A stretch of 64,000 nucleotides of DNA from the human T2T-CHM13v2.0 reference genome, Homo sapiens. Of this stretch, positions 1-15,130 are shown one piece after another. Each line of letters begins with the position of its first letter. Position 1 is the stretch's first letter. The translations under genes were made by a program, and so were the position numbers. A model generated the notes under the pieces. That model was given only the letters and a program-made list of their open reading frames with translations, was not told the DNA's origin and made no database searches. Location: assembly GCF_009914755.1 (NCBI RefSeq), contig NC_060929.1; one strand, written 5' to 3'.

Positions 1-3000
1 GGCTTCAGAGCTGAATCCTGGAGAGGATAGCACCTTGCCATCTTCTCCCTGCCTCTGGGCAGGCGGATATACATTCTCAGATGAACTGACTGCACTCCTT
101 GCATCTGGAAGTTCATGTTCCAGTGGAGGGTAATGCCCAGTTGACTTCTTCAGCTAAGAGATGGCCCGTAACAGTGCTCATGGACTGTCCGGATTCTTAA
201 GGGCAGAGGAGCCAGAGCCAGGAAATGTCCTTAGTGGCCATCAGTTGTTATGTCTGTTCACTAATGTTCCAGGCCCTATGCTTCTGGTGTCCACCACCCA
301 CAGACCCCCTGTTCTGTTCCACGGACTGAGATGATCAACAGTCTTTCATCCAGAGGGTTGTGTTTGCTGGTGGCCATTACCTTTAACATAAAACGATCAT
401 ATTTACTTTATCCTATTCATGTCCAACCTCAACTGACAATTGAGTTGTGTCTCTGACAATAAATAGCAGAAAAAGGAAATCTTCCTATACTGAAGAGAAA
501 CACAATTAATTAACTAGATCCATCAGGAAAGGTACAATCATGATTGAGACAGTGTTTAACAGATGTGACTATTGGATTCTGTTGTTGAGAATGACCCTTA
601 AAATCACAGTCAAAATATACGACAAGATGGAAATAACATTTTTGAGCACCTACTATGCATGTAGAGCATCTTACATACCTTATCTCACTTAGATTTACAG
701 CTGCAAGGTGGGTATGATTCTAGCTTGAATTAGTCTAATAACCATATACCTCCTAGGGGCAGTGAGATGATTAGATCAATTCTAAAACTATTACCATGCT
801 CTCTGAGCTCACCAAGACAGGCAGTTAATACAAGGATACATTAATACCGAATCCAGCAAAAGCTCACATGGCCAGCTTCCATTATGTTCCTATTTGTGAT
901 TATTCTGTATCAAGCACAGAAATGTATGTTCACACGAACAACAAAGAAGGGGTTTATTAGTGTGGATTACAGGGCCTAAGCCTACCCTCTGAAACTGGTT
1001 TTGGAGTCTTTAGCACGCTTGTTTGGGACAGTTAAACATGTGCCAGCTATTCTAAAACAGTAGCAGTAATGTGATAGAGCTGGGTCATACCGTGCTTCCC
1101 AAAGTATGATCACTTCATTTCAACAACTTCACACTAACAGCCTGAACTGGGCTGTGAAGGGAATATTTAGACCAAGGAAACTGGAAAACTGTATCAATCA
1201 GGCTTTTCCACCCTCCCCAAGAGCCAGTTGTCAGATATCTACCAGCCTACCAACGCTAGCTCTCTAATCAGAAACCATCACTTAGCAAGTTCCCAAATTA
1301 TCTGCAGAGCAATGAACTCCTCTTCTTCAGAAAGCAGGCTGAAAGATACACTGTTCACATCTTAGCCTGACCTGGACCCAGTGAGTTTCCATCAGTGAGA
1401 AAATTCTGTGCTAACTTGAGATAATACTATTCTTGTGGCAATTTTACTTTTCCTTTGAGCGATTCCTTCAACCTCTCTCTGCCCCTTCATTTTTCCGTCT
1501 TAAAACTAAAAGTGCCCTTTCTCCCTGGACACTCCTCATTTGCAATGAATTGTCATTTCAGCTCCTCAGTCAAGAGGAGTAATGAAATCCCACCCGTGTT
1601 AATCCTCTTATATCCCGCAGAAATATTGTAGACCCACTCACCCTAGGCAACATGCCCTCTCTCTTCAACACAGGTCATCAATTGTTCATTTACTGGCTAT
1701 CTCCATGTACTGGAACTTCAGGGTGGTGTCCAGCTGGGTTCAAAGGAGAAACAGTGGGAAGTTTCTCCACTGCCACCTGAATTAGATGAGAAAGAGTTGT
1801 CTACTGAAATACACTAGCTGGTGGCAGGATTGGGACGTCATTTGACTAATTGCCTCCTAGAGCTGCAGAGACTGCTGGAACTACCTAAGTAAATCATCAA
1901 AAAAAAAAAAAAAAAAAATCATCCCAGGGCACTTTTTCCAGACAAAAAGGTCCACTTAAAACATCCTCTAGAGATCTGTGCCTGAAGCTGAGCTGCTGCA
2001 ATGAAACTGACATTTCTGCCTTGCAGCCTGGCCATGGGCTTAGCTGGACTAAAATGCTGCTGCAGTGGTGAGGGCACGTGAGAGTCCCTAATGTACATGG
2101 CCTTGCTCCTTGTCCTGACACATCTTTTAGGGCTGCTGCTTTCTCTAGTGCTGGAATCTAGATAATTCCTTTCCCAGCCGTTTGTTTCTTCAATCTTGGA
2201 AAATATCTGGATGAATGTAACACTGTCACACACAAACAGAATTATGACTTACGTCACATTCTATGTCGTGATTTTGTGGACTTTTAATAATTGCATTACA
2301 TTTGTGACCATTAATTTCCACCATCGCCCTGCTCCTGAGAATCTGTAAGGGACATTTGACACTCCTCTCCCCACCCACCTCAACATTTGTGCTGACCTGA
2401 AGGTCACATTAAAAACATACCCATTTGGAGAGAAAGATCTGTCTACTGAAATACACTAAATATTGAAGAATTTCCAAGTCATTTGATCTTGAAAACTCCA
2501 TCTAATGGAAGCAGAAACACTCAAAGGTTTTTTTTTTTGGACTCCCTTTTTCAGGACACTTTCAGGACTGAGGTATATAAATGAATGAGAAATGTATAAA
2601 TTCAATTTCACTTAAAAGGAGCAGGAGGGGTTTCAAGATTAAGAGAACAAATGCTTGAAGCAAAACATGATTTGAGTTTTATTGAACCGAGAAGACTGAA
2701 AAAAATACGTGGAACACTCAGAAAATCTTTATCAAGGCTCAGCTGAGCACTCCTGGGGCTCATTGTTAAGTTTATAAAACTCAGAGCTGATGAGTTGTGT
2801 GCACTGTGTGGGTCTGAGTGGGCTTATGACTCCCCTCCAAGCCTGGCTGTAAGAATCTAAGACTTAAAGCTGAAGGACCAAATGGGACTTTCCGTCCCAT
2901 CCCCTCTCTGCTCCATGCAAGCACCAACGTGGATTTTTGCCCCTAATTATATTAGGGAACGCTGTCAATCAAAAAGATGATGTTAAACTCATCCAGAACA

Positions 3001-3361
3001 AACCAAACCATGTTTAAGGGGAAGAAAAGATTACATCTTCAAATGCCAGCATGCCATCATTAATACAATGTCTAATGTAGTCAATATAGTTCAGGCAACA
3101 TTGAAAATGAACCACTGCAAATACTAGGAATACAATTTCAAGAGGAAGCACAACATTCTGTGTTTCTATGCACACAGTCCTGTAAATTATTTGCAGCTCA
3201 AGTATGTCATGTTCTTTTAAATTTTCCCCTGGGTACAGCTTGAACAACTTCCTACAAGTGTTGATATGTCATATTCTCATTATCATTTAGTTCAAAATTA
3301 CCATGATTTAATTACCATGAGGTTGCTTTTTTGATACATGAGTTACTTAGAAATTGAATTA

Positions 3362-3657
3362 GGCTAGGCATGGTGGCTCCCACCTATAATCCTAGCACTT
3401 TGGAAGGCCAAGGCAGGAGGATTGCTTGAGTTTGAGGCCAGTCTAGGCAATATAGTGAGACCTCATCTCCACAAAAAAGTACAAAAAAACTAGCCAGGCA
3501 TGGTGACACATGCCTATAGTTCCAGCTACTCAAGAGGCTGAGGTGGGAGGATTGCTTGAGCCTGGGAGGCAGAGGTTGCAGTGAGTGGAGATCACACCAG
3601 TGCACTTCATCCTGGATGACATAGCGAGACCCTGTCTCAAAAAAAGAAAAAAAGAAA
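3362..3657 (+). mobile_element. Alu (AluJ-like)
   Basis: Dimeric Alu with GGAGGATTGCTTGAG, A-rich linker and tail. Confidence 0.92.
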
Positions 3658-3659
3658 TT

Positions 3660-5230
<1,571 letters not shown>

Positions 5231-6179
5231 TTGTCTCTTAATATGCCTGACAGATTTTTACTGAAGGGTGCACATTGGAATAAAAAATGTGTTACCTATC
5301 TGGTTGAGTCTTCAGCTTCAGAAAGGTAATAGAGCAAAGGCAGATAAATCCAAACAGGGACTGAGCTGTTTTCATGCAGGCTGCCTTGGTAGCTCTCCAA
5401 AGCCTTCAAAAATGATGAGATTTTTTTTTAAATCCTTTTTATCCAGTTGTTCTCAAGGGATTCCACCCCTGCATAGGAGAGCTCACCATTCCTGGGATCT
5501 TCAGCTTCTATGCCTTTGCATATGCTCTTCCCTTGTTCCCTCATTCTTCAACACTCAACTGAATTATCACCTCCCTTGAAGCCTTCTCTGACATCCCTTC
5601 TAGTCCCATGCCACCCAGGAGGCACTAAGAGCTTCCTCCCCTCAGCTCCCAGTTCTTAAACATGTCAACACTGTTTTGAAATGATTTGCCAATGAAAAAT
5701 TCTAGACCAGCAACCAACAACATCCTTCCCAAAGGTGTGTTATATATGGTACATGCTGTATGTGCTAAACACCAAATTCATTGATAACAGCTAAGAACCA
5801 GGAAACAAACCATCGTTAATTATGGCATCTCTTGAAAAATCTAAAGATCTGGACTCACTGGGCTTAAATGACTGCATGATAACAACTGGTTGAGTAACAA
5901 CTGTTTCCCTTTCATGGAGCAGTTACTCTCCAGTTCTCAGTTCCTACCACTCTCTATAGTTGTACACTCATCATCTGTCCTCATCTGAATTACCTGCCAA
6001 TGACTACTGGCATTTGAGTTTCTAATCCATGGTCTATGTGTATGCCTCCTCACCAGTGTGAGAACTCATGTAAACAGGTATTATGTCTTTTCATCTCTCT
6101 CCTAATACCTAAGACATTCCTGGCACACCAGAGCATGTCAATGCTTCTAAACATATCTATATTAAAATGCTACCAAAGC

Positions 6180-6490
6180 ATTCAGGGTAGTGAAACTATT
6201 CTGCGTAATGCTGTAACAGTGGATACATGACGTCATGCATTTGTCAAAACCCACAGAACTGTACAACACAAAGCATGAACTCTAATGTAAACTATGGGCT
6301 TTAGTTAATATCTACATATCAATACCGGTTCATCAACTGGAACAGATATACCACACCAGTGCAAGATGTGAATAATAGGAGAAACTGTGAGGGCGGAATA
6401 TACACAAACTCTCTATATTTTCTGTGCAATTTTTCTGTAACCTGAAACAGCTCTAAAAATAAAGTATATTTATAAAAAATAAATAAATAC
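6180..6490 (+). mobile_element. L1MC-type 3' end
   Basis: gtgaaactattctg...catttgtcaaaacccacagaactgtacaac...ctctaaaaataaa plus A-rich tail. Confidence 0.75.
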
Positions 6491-7593
6491 AAATGCCACC
6501 TCACCAGAAGGATCAAAGGGGCAACTAAATCCAGCAAAGTAAGTGTCTCACGTGGAATACAGGTCAGGAAATGAGTGAAAACACTCCAATGGATGCCCAC
6601 CTATACGATCACTTTGAAGAGCAGCAGGAAAATAAGCCTCTGCTGTCTGGGTTGCAGATTGGGGGACAGGAGAGAAACTAATACACACTCAAGATGGTGG
6701 CTGAGCTGCCTTACACACTCGTGGCCAGGGGTGCTTGCAAGACAGGCGGAAGTTCAAATAAGAGCCTACAGAGGAAATCCAGGCCAACCACAAAATAGAC
6801 CCACAAAGGCCAGCAGGAGAGTATCTAGTGGAGCTCCCTGGGACCTTGGACTCACCCAGCTCCACTGTGCCATGGATAATTTTCCAGGTCTGGTATTTTG
6901 TCTTGTATTTTATATTCTGCATAATGGGGGACTTGGCCGGCATCCACTCTGCCACACATCCTAATGGGCTAACCCTCTTCTGCAACTACCCTTTTCTTTT
7001 TCTGCATCTGGTTACTAATCAAGCTTAATGGGGGAAGAAAGAATCAAAAACTTGTAGACTGTAAGCTCCAAGAGAACAGAGAACAGAGCTGTTTTATTCA
7101 CTGACTTGTACCTAGTAGATACTTCATTGACAGTTATTGGGTGGAGTGAGCAAACAAATAATCCTACAAGATATGCAGTTTCCAATCACAAAGAAGCAGA
7201 GAGGGGGAATGGGGGCCTCCTGATTGTGGAGGGTATCTTATAAGCCTCTCCTCAGTCAAACATGCGAGTGTTTCCAAGGACCCATCCAACATTGCACATC
7301 TCTGCCATGTGCCATCCCATCTCTGCAGGCTGCATGACTGCATGGCTGAGGGCATGTTCAATGAGCCCCTGTGGGAGCCATGGGCACTGGGAGGCAACCC
7401 ACTGCTCTTGCCTGTTCTGACCATGGGAAAAGGACAGGGAGCTCAGCTCCAGCTCTGCTACTGAGAGGCTCTTCGCATATGTCAAGCTGGACGACGTGGA
7501 CACCCTCAGAGCGGCCTCTCTCCATTGACAATAAAAGTGTGTTTTGCTTTTCGATGAATCGATTTGGTAAAATGTTTTCTCACTCTTTCCTAG

Positions 7594-7626
7594 ACATCGC
7601 CTGGTGGTATTACCAGTATCAGAGAG
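7594..7626 (+). CDS. KCNIP1: KCNIP1 alternative 33-nt cassette exon, (D)IAWWYYQYQR, the KChIP1b aromatic insert
   Basis: ttttctcactctttcctag|ACATCGCC...CAGAGAG|gtaaaa; 33 nt, phase 1/1; peptide matches the known N-terminal insert of KChIP1b. Confidence 0.95.
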
Positions 7627-8472
7627 GTAAAAAACAGTTTAAACTAACCTGACTTTGGTCACATGACTTGCAAAGGCAGAGCTTCTTAATCAAGCTCATG
7701 TTTTGTAATTAGTCTTCTCATGCACCAGCTTTCTGTGTCCTTTGTTAACAAGCCCCACATATATAGAAACAGTTGGAAATGTTCTTTTAGAGACAAGTTA
7801 CAGGAAAAGCTTTGCTCCCCGTAAGAAATGGTTACGTTTTCCTTTTACAGACATTTGTAAAAACTCAGAGCCCATTTGCAGCTCAAGTGTAGTAATTGCT
7901 TCAAACAAATGGCCTGGATTTCTGTGTTCTCTTTTTCTCCATGGTCTTCACCTCCTAATCTAATCAACATATACTGAGGCAGTTTTTCTTATTACTTTAT
8001 CTCTTTTTATTTCATATTTATTTCCTATAATCAGCTTCAAGTCCTTTGTGCAACAAAGTGGCATGTGTTTAAATAAACAGTGAGGAGTAGGCTATGTGGT
8101 TTGTAGGTGGGAGGGTAAGTAGGTATAGATCAAAAACCAAAAACTCAATGCCTATTGCACAGGGCAAGCAGCATAAATGAATTCTGTGAGCCAGGGGTGA
8201 ACAACAGGACATCCTAGAGGCTGTGGCTGCCCAGAGGGGACAGCCGGTGTTCAGCTCTAGCAGGCTGCTGAAGTGTCTGAATTTGAGACCAAAATTGTCA
8301 GATAATCCCATTTTCCAAGACAAATCAGACATCCAGATTTGTACATGGATCTCTCATCTTTAAACATGGACAACTAATTCCAAAATAATTAAGATACATT
8401 TTACAGGTCAAACAAGACCTATCTTTGGGCCACACTCAAGCCGAGGATCACTATTTTGTAACCTCAAAGCTA

Positions 8473-8805
<333 letters not shown>

Positions 8806-9244
8806 TCAGAGACACCATGAGGGAGGCACTATTGGCCAGTCCAGGGAGGAGATGGTCATGGTCACGGTCCTGAGCCTGACAGAGGGGTCACCTCACTGGC
8901 GAGAAGACCCAAGGTGTGAGTCCTCCCACTGCTCACAGTCCAGGTCTAACTGGTACACAAGCACACAGCTTCGTAGGAGCATGTGTGCTGCAAGGCTGGC
9001 TACAAGCGAGTTTGCAATTTGTGCTTGAGGAAAGCAGAATCCACTGTGGGGACATGTGGAAACCAGATATGATGAAAGGGGCCTGGACTGGCTGGATTCT
9101 AGGTCCAGATATGTCACCCATTGCTCAACGACTTAGGACTCAGACAAAGCCAGTTAGTGAGAAGGTTTAGAAGAGATCTCCTATGCTAGAATAGCTTAGC
9201 ATTGGCTGGATGTGTTTAACAGATACAGAAACCCACTGAAAGTA

Positions 9245-10100
9245 CAGTCATGCTCTGCATAATGACGTTTCCATCAGCAACACAACATACACAATTGTGG
9301 TCCCATAAGATTATAACAGAGCTAAAAAATTCCTATTGCCCAGTGACTTCTTGAGGTTCCTGACCCTGTGTGGGCTCAGGCTAACGTGTGTGGTTGTGTC
9401 TTCATTTGTAATTTTAAAAAAAGGGTTTTAAAAGAAAAGAAATGAAAATAAAAAATTTTTAAATAGAGAAAAAGCTTATAAAATAAGAAAATAAAGAAAA
9501 ATATTTTTGTACAGCTAGGCAGTGTGAATTTTAAGCTAAGCGTTATCACAAAAGAGTCCAAAAGTTTGAAAAAAAACCAAATAGTTTGTAAAATAAAGTT
9601 AGAGTAAGCTAAGGTTAATTTCTTATTGAAAAAAAAATTTATTAATTTAGTATAGCCCTAAGCATAAAGTATGTATAAAGCCTACCTCATGTTTAGTAAT
9701 ATCCCAGGCCTTCACACTCACTCACCATCACTCACTGACTCACCCAGAGCAACTTCCAGTCCTGTAACTTCCATTCATGGTAAGTGCCCTAATAGTTGTA
9801 CCATTTTTTATTTTTTACACCTTAGTTTTATTGTACCTTCTCTAAATTTAGTATGTTTGGACACACAAATACTTAAAATACTTACCATTGTGTTACAATT
9901 GCCTACAGTATTCAGTACAATAACACACTGTACAGGTTTATAGCCTAGGAGCAAAAGGCCATACCATACAGCCTAGGTGTGTAGCAGGGCTACCCCATCT
10001 AGGTTTGCGTGAGTATACTCCACGATGTTCACACGATGACAAAACTGCCTAACAACACATTTCTCAGAGCGTATCCCTGTTGTTAAGCGACACATGACTG
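9245..10100. mobile_element. Tigger3-like (TcMar-Tigger) non-autonomous DNA transposon
   Basis: Terminal inverted repeats CAGTCATG...CATGACTG, left TA target site, internal tagcctaggagc/tacagcctaggtgtgtag motifs. Confidence 0.85.
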
Positions 10101-13100
10101 AATAAGCAAATGTGCAGTGATTGTGCATTTTTTTTCCTGAGAGAGTCTAAACCCCTCATTCCACACTCAGAAGAGTCTATGATCCCAAAACATTAAGGAT
10201 CACTTAATCAAAATCATCTACTATTCAATCTGAGAATTTCCTGTGTAGCATCCTCTAGAGTTGGTGATTCCATCTCTCTTTGCCCCTAGTGATAGGTATT
10301 CATCACTGTGTGAGGCACTCACAGTTAGAAAATCACTTCTTAATATCACATGCGCAGGGCAATGGTCCCCTCACTCCCTTCACACGTAAGGTTATGGAAC
10401 AACAGGCATGAGAACGCTGAATGGCTTAAAAGTACTTTACAAACAAAAGGTGCTCTAATTTATTCTTGTTATGTCATTATTGCCATAGTATTACATCTCA
10501 AGTTAATTTTTATCTCAACCATTCAAACTTAAGTCTGACTTAGTAACTAGCTCATCATTATTTTTTATAACAAAGTAATGACTAGCAACATCTGGCATCA
10601 GACTTTGAACAAACCTCAGAAGGAACTGTCAAGGAGGCTCCCCACGGGTTCACGCTCTTCTCTCCTCCTGCACACAGGGAACAGGGCCATTCTCCTTCCT
10701 TTACTGGGACTACCTGGGCTTCATCCAGGGAATCCCCAGGTGGCAACAGGAGGGTGGTGAAAACCGCTGCCCGTCACCTGTAAAGTTTCCTGTGAATGTG
10801 TCTACAGCGGCCAGCACCACAAGGCATACAAAGAAAGGGAAGGGAGAGCTGATGTGAGAGCGGCAGCGTGGGCACTCCTGTGAGGTTGCCACAGCTGTAG
10901 ACAAGTTAAATCAGTGCAGTTCAATCAAAAGTCATGACCCATGAGCGTCACAACCAGCACGAGTCTACAAAGGAATACATTAAAACTAAGACCAGAGCAC
11001 AGCTCACATTAGTGAGGGATGGGATCATTTCATGGAGTTTTTGTTTCAAAATATTTCATTAACATTTCACTTATATACATGTGTGTATACTGGGTTGTGA
11101 TATAAATTACAATTCTTACTATAAAATACAGCAAAAGAAAGAAGAAACAAAGAGAGGGTCACTGGTTTACCTAACATCCACAGGCAGGCTACTTCCCAGC
11201 ATCTTGAGCCCCAAAGAAGTAAATTTCCTTCCACAACCGATGTTACCACAGCCTGACACTTAGCCAATGATGAAAACGAAAAACAAAACAAAAGCTTGGC
11301 AGTCAGTATCCAAATATGCAGATACTACAGAATCTGTTTGATGTAGAAGTTGATCCTGCTACCCAGACAGCAAACAACTCATTTATTAATAAAGTCCAGT
11401 TCCTCCTTAATGAAGTGGGTTTAATAGTTGATATCTCAATAATTACTTAGTGCATTTTTTATGAAGGTGATGGGAAACAAGTGCTGTTTCTTGAGTCGGA
11501 AAGAGTCTCTCAAGCTCCCACAAAGAAATTTCCCGAGCTTGTGAGGAATTCAGTCACAGGAAGATCAAGGAATTAAGTGTACTGCAAAAAACCCTTCATG
11601 CTTCTGGCTAAGATAAATCTAACAGTGTACTGGATGTCTTCAAGAATACCTCATTTACTCAAAAAATACAATATTCCCATTTTCTTTATTTGCATTTTAA
11701 TGTGATTTTTGCTTCATCTCCTTTCTTCACTCAAGCCACCTGGGCCGTACCCAGGGAATTCCTAAGGGGCAAAAGGAGGGATGTGAAAACCTCTGCAGCC
11801 CCTTCGGAAGTTTCTTGTGAATATATGCACAGATAAACAGATGTGCATTTTAAAAATAAAAATGCTTTTAGATCTAATGCTAGGAGATTCAAACCAACAA
11901 TTAATTTCTCTGTTAAAATGGGTTAAAATAGATGTAAAATATTAATATGTATATAAGCATTCTGAATTAGACTTATGTGAATTTTTCTCCTTTTCTTTCT
12001 TTCTTTTTGAGAATAAGCCCTTTCATTTACGTAGAAATGCTTCAGCGTTTAGATAATTGCTACTTATCTTGTTAGCTACAAACACAACCATAATTAAAGG
12101 CTCTGTAAGAATTATGAATTCTGGGGAAATTGGCCACTTGTCTCTGTGGCGTAAACAGTATCTAATTTATAACAAATCATCTGCCTTAGTCCCAGCAGGA
12201 TAAGGTGATATGTATTGCCCAGCACATGAGAAAGATGGCAATTAGGAATTGTTACCAAGTTACGGGAGCCTCACACGAACATCCATCACCTTTGGGGATA
12301 TGTACAAGATACAAACTTAATTTGATGGATTCCTTTTGTATTGGGATCAAAGTCTCAAAAGGGAAAGTGACAATTTCAGGGAAAATCTGGTGCAATGAGA
12401 CCAACACTGATGAGAGAAATGCACACAATTTAATACACCTGCTCACCTGATGTGGCAACTCAGCCTGTGCTTGCTGTGGGTTGCCACAGGATGAGACATG
12501 GTCTGTGCATATTCCCAGCAGCCACCCATCTCATCACTATTCTTGCCAGCCCAGATTTACAGTTGTTCAATAGATGGATTTGGTAATATCTGCATGACAA
12601 CAACAGGCAGAGAAGGTTAGATGGCAATTGATTCTTGATTGGTGTAAGTTTATAGAACACATTCTGGCAGGGCCCAAAGGAAATCACTCACCTACCCCTC
12701 TGTGATGGTAAAACGTTGAAAATTCCACGGACTTGGACCTTGTGATCCTTCAGTGGAAGATGGGCAGATTCCTTGCTTTAATTGACAGACACTTTCTAAA
12801 TAACTAATGCAATCTTATATTACATTATAGTCCATAAGGGAGACATACTTAAACTACTACTTACAACAACTGTTTTTAGAGCCTTTCAAATGGTTTGTAC
12901 AAAGTAGCTCCCATTTAAGATATTTTCCTAGTATTTAAGGCTATCTAGTAGACATTACAAAACAATACGCTGTAAATACATTCAGATTTTTATCAGTAAT
13001 ACTTAACATGCCGTAATTTGAACTTTCTGCTAAATCATGCTATCCATTCCTAGTTGGCCCCAATGGTGAGAGTTTACTGTTTCTTTAAATAATTTTGTTT

Positions 13101-13497
13101 CCCTTTGCTGTCTAGAGGTGTTTATCATTCTGCTTACTTGCCTGTGTCTCTGGAATATTCAGAAGGTTCCATGGGAAACAATTTGAATATGCAAAGAAGT
13201 TATTTTTAAAGCAAGGAAAATGTTTTCATATGGATTTATTTTGAGCACTTCTGCCTTTGCCTCCACTGGGAACATGTTTCTCTCCAACGCCGAAGCCCCC
13301 TCCCTGTGTGGTGTTTGACACAGAGGCTGACAGGGCAGGGAAGTGGGGTTCAAGATAGGAAGGCCATTGGCAGTGTGACCCCAGCCCACAGTCCTAGATC
13401 CCAGGTCGTGACACCACTCTTTTGACAGCCCAGATTGTTACCTAACAAGAATGACTCCCAAGCTCAACCATTCCAATGCCATCTCCTCTGGTTCCAG

Positions 13498-13622
13498 ATA
13501 AGATTGAAGATGAGCTGGAGATGACCATGGTTTGCCATCGGCCCGAGGGACTGGAGCAGCTCGAGGCCCAGACCAACTTCACCAAGAGGGAGCTGCAGGT
13601 CCTTTATCGAGGCTTCAAAAAT
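13498..13622 (+). CDS. KCNIP1: KCNIP1 coding exon, [42 protein letters not shown]
   Basis: ttccag|ATAAG...AAAAAT|gtaaga; 125 nt; KChIP core N-terminal helices. Confidence 0.98.
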
Positions 13623-15060
13623 GTAAGACCCGTGCACGCTCTGAAGGCCTGGGGGGGGTTCCCACGTGAGGCTACACTCTCCCCAATGCCAAGGGAGCTC
13701 ATAAGGCGTTTCCCATATGTGAGGCTGTACAAGGAAGGCCAGCTCTATAAAGGGGGCATGAGAGGGAGATCACCTGGCTAGAAAGGAAGGCTCCAGGCGA
13801 GGATGGAGCAACCTCAGGAGACAGTAAACGGCCAACTGCCCAGAAATTTCACAGGGTGGCACATCCTCAAGGAATTCACCCTGGCCCAGGGTCAAGCCTT
13901 AGCCCTTAACATAATCATACCTTCCAACCTGGTGGTGCCCCCACAATAATGGGATTTGGCCCTGCTGACTTATGCTAACCAGGCTCACCGAGACTGATGT
14001 GTAAGCCGAATGTCGGTGTATTAATTTACCATGGGAAATGGAACTGACAGTGGAAACAGACACTCCTCTCCCTTCGCTGGGACCCGCTCTCCTTGGAAGC
14101 CACATGGAAGCCAGGTTACAATCAAAAGTGGAGTCAGAGGACGGGAGTTCCTTGTTTAGTTGTTACTTTAAATACATTAATGTGTTCCTGCAGTCTCAGG
14201 CCAGTTTGAGAGCTCTCAGATACAATCCTGGATATTAATTTATTTTTTAAGTTTAACTCTCAGAGTGCAATCTTATTCCCAAATCCTGGAGTGGTGTGGA
14301 GTGGGGTGGGCTACAGCGACATGCACCTGGTCACCCTCCCTCCAGGTGCAGTCTGTAGGTAGAGCTGAGCTGGGTCAGTTCCAAACTGACCACAGCCTCA
14401 ATGTTCTCCAAACTGCTGACCCACAGGGATTCCAGCCCCTCCTGGGAGTTATCTGACAGGTGCTGGGATGCCTCTTCCTTCCACACTAGCCTTGACTGCA
14501 CATGCCAAGTGCCCAGTTTCCTACCATTAGGGCTTCTTTCCTTCGATGGCAGCATTAGCAGTGGGCAGCCGAGTTGGAGAAGGATCCTGTGGGAAAGTTT
14601 TCCAGGCAGGCACTGGGCTCAGAGGGAACAGCATCCAGAAAAGAGAAGAAATCTACACTGCTTGGCATCTACCATGGACTCAATACCACCTAACATAGGT
14701 TCATAAGATACCCTTGGGGAAGTTATTGTTACCCCCATTTTACAGGTAAGGATATTGAGGATCAGAGACTGGCTTGGCCAAAGTCACAAAGCTTAGTATT
14801 GGCTGAGCCAGGATTTAAACCCAGGTTTTTCTGATCTTAAAGCCCCAAATCTCTCCACCTCACAGTGCCCATTCTCTGACAATGTCTCATCATTTTGCAA
14901 AGCAGCTCCAGTCCTGAGATGGCACTACTTGGGAGAAGTGGAAATGCACAGGTCCCTGTCCCTGGGGATCATGAGGAACCCCAGACACCAAGGCTGGGCC
15001 CAGTCTTCTCCTAGTGCTGGCCCTCAAATGCCTCCCGCTGACTCTCTCCCCTTCCCACAG

Positions 15061-15130
15061 GAGTGCCCCAGTGGTGTGGTCAACGAAGACACATTCAAGC
15101 AGATCTATGCTCAGTTTTTCCCTCATGGAG
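15061..15130 (+). CDS. KCNIP1: KCNIP1 coding exon, [23 protein letters not shown] (degenerate EF1)
   Basis: cccacag|GAGTGC...CATGGAG|gtgagt; 70 nt; CPSG signature of neuronal calcium sensor EF1. Confidence 0.98.

Noticed and set aside
13476-13781. [16 protein letters not shown]... as an alternative KChIP1 start or read-through product
   Set aside because: The ATG lies in the acceptor region and the tail is intron read-through; no promoter evidence, and the real exon is 13498-13622
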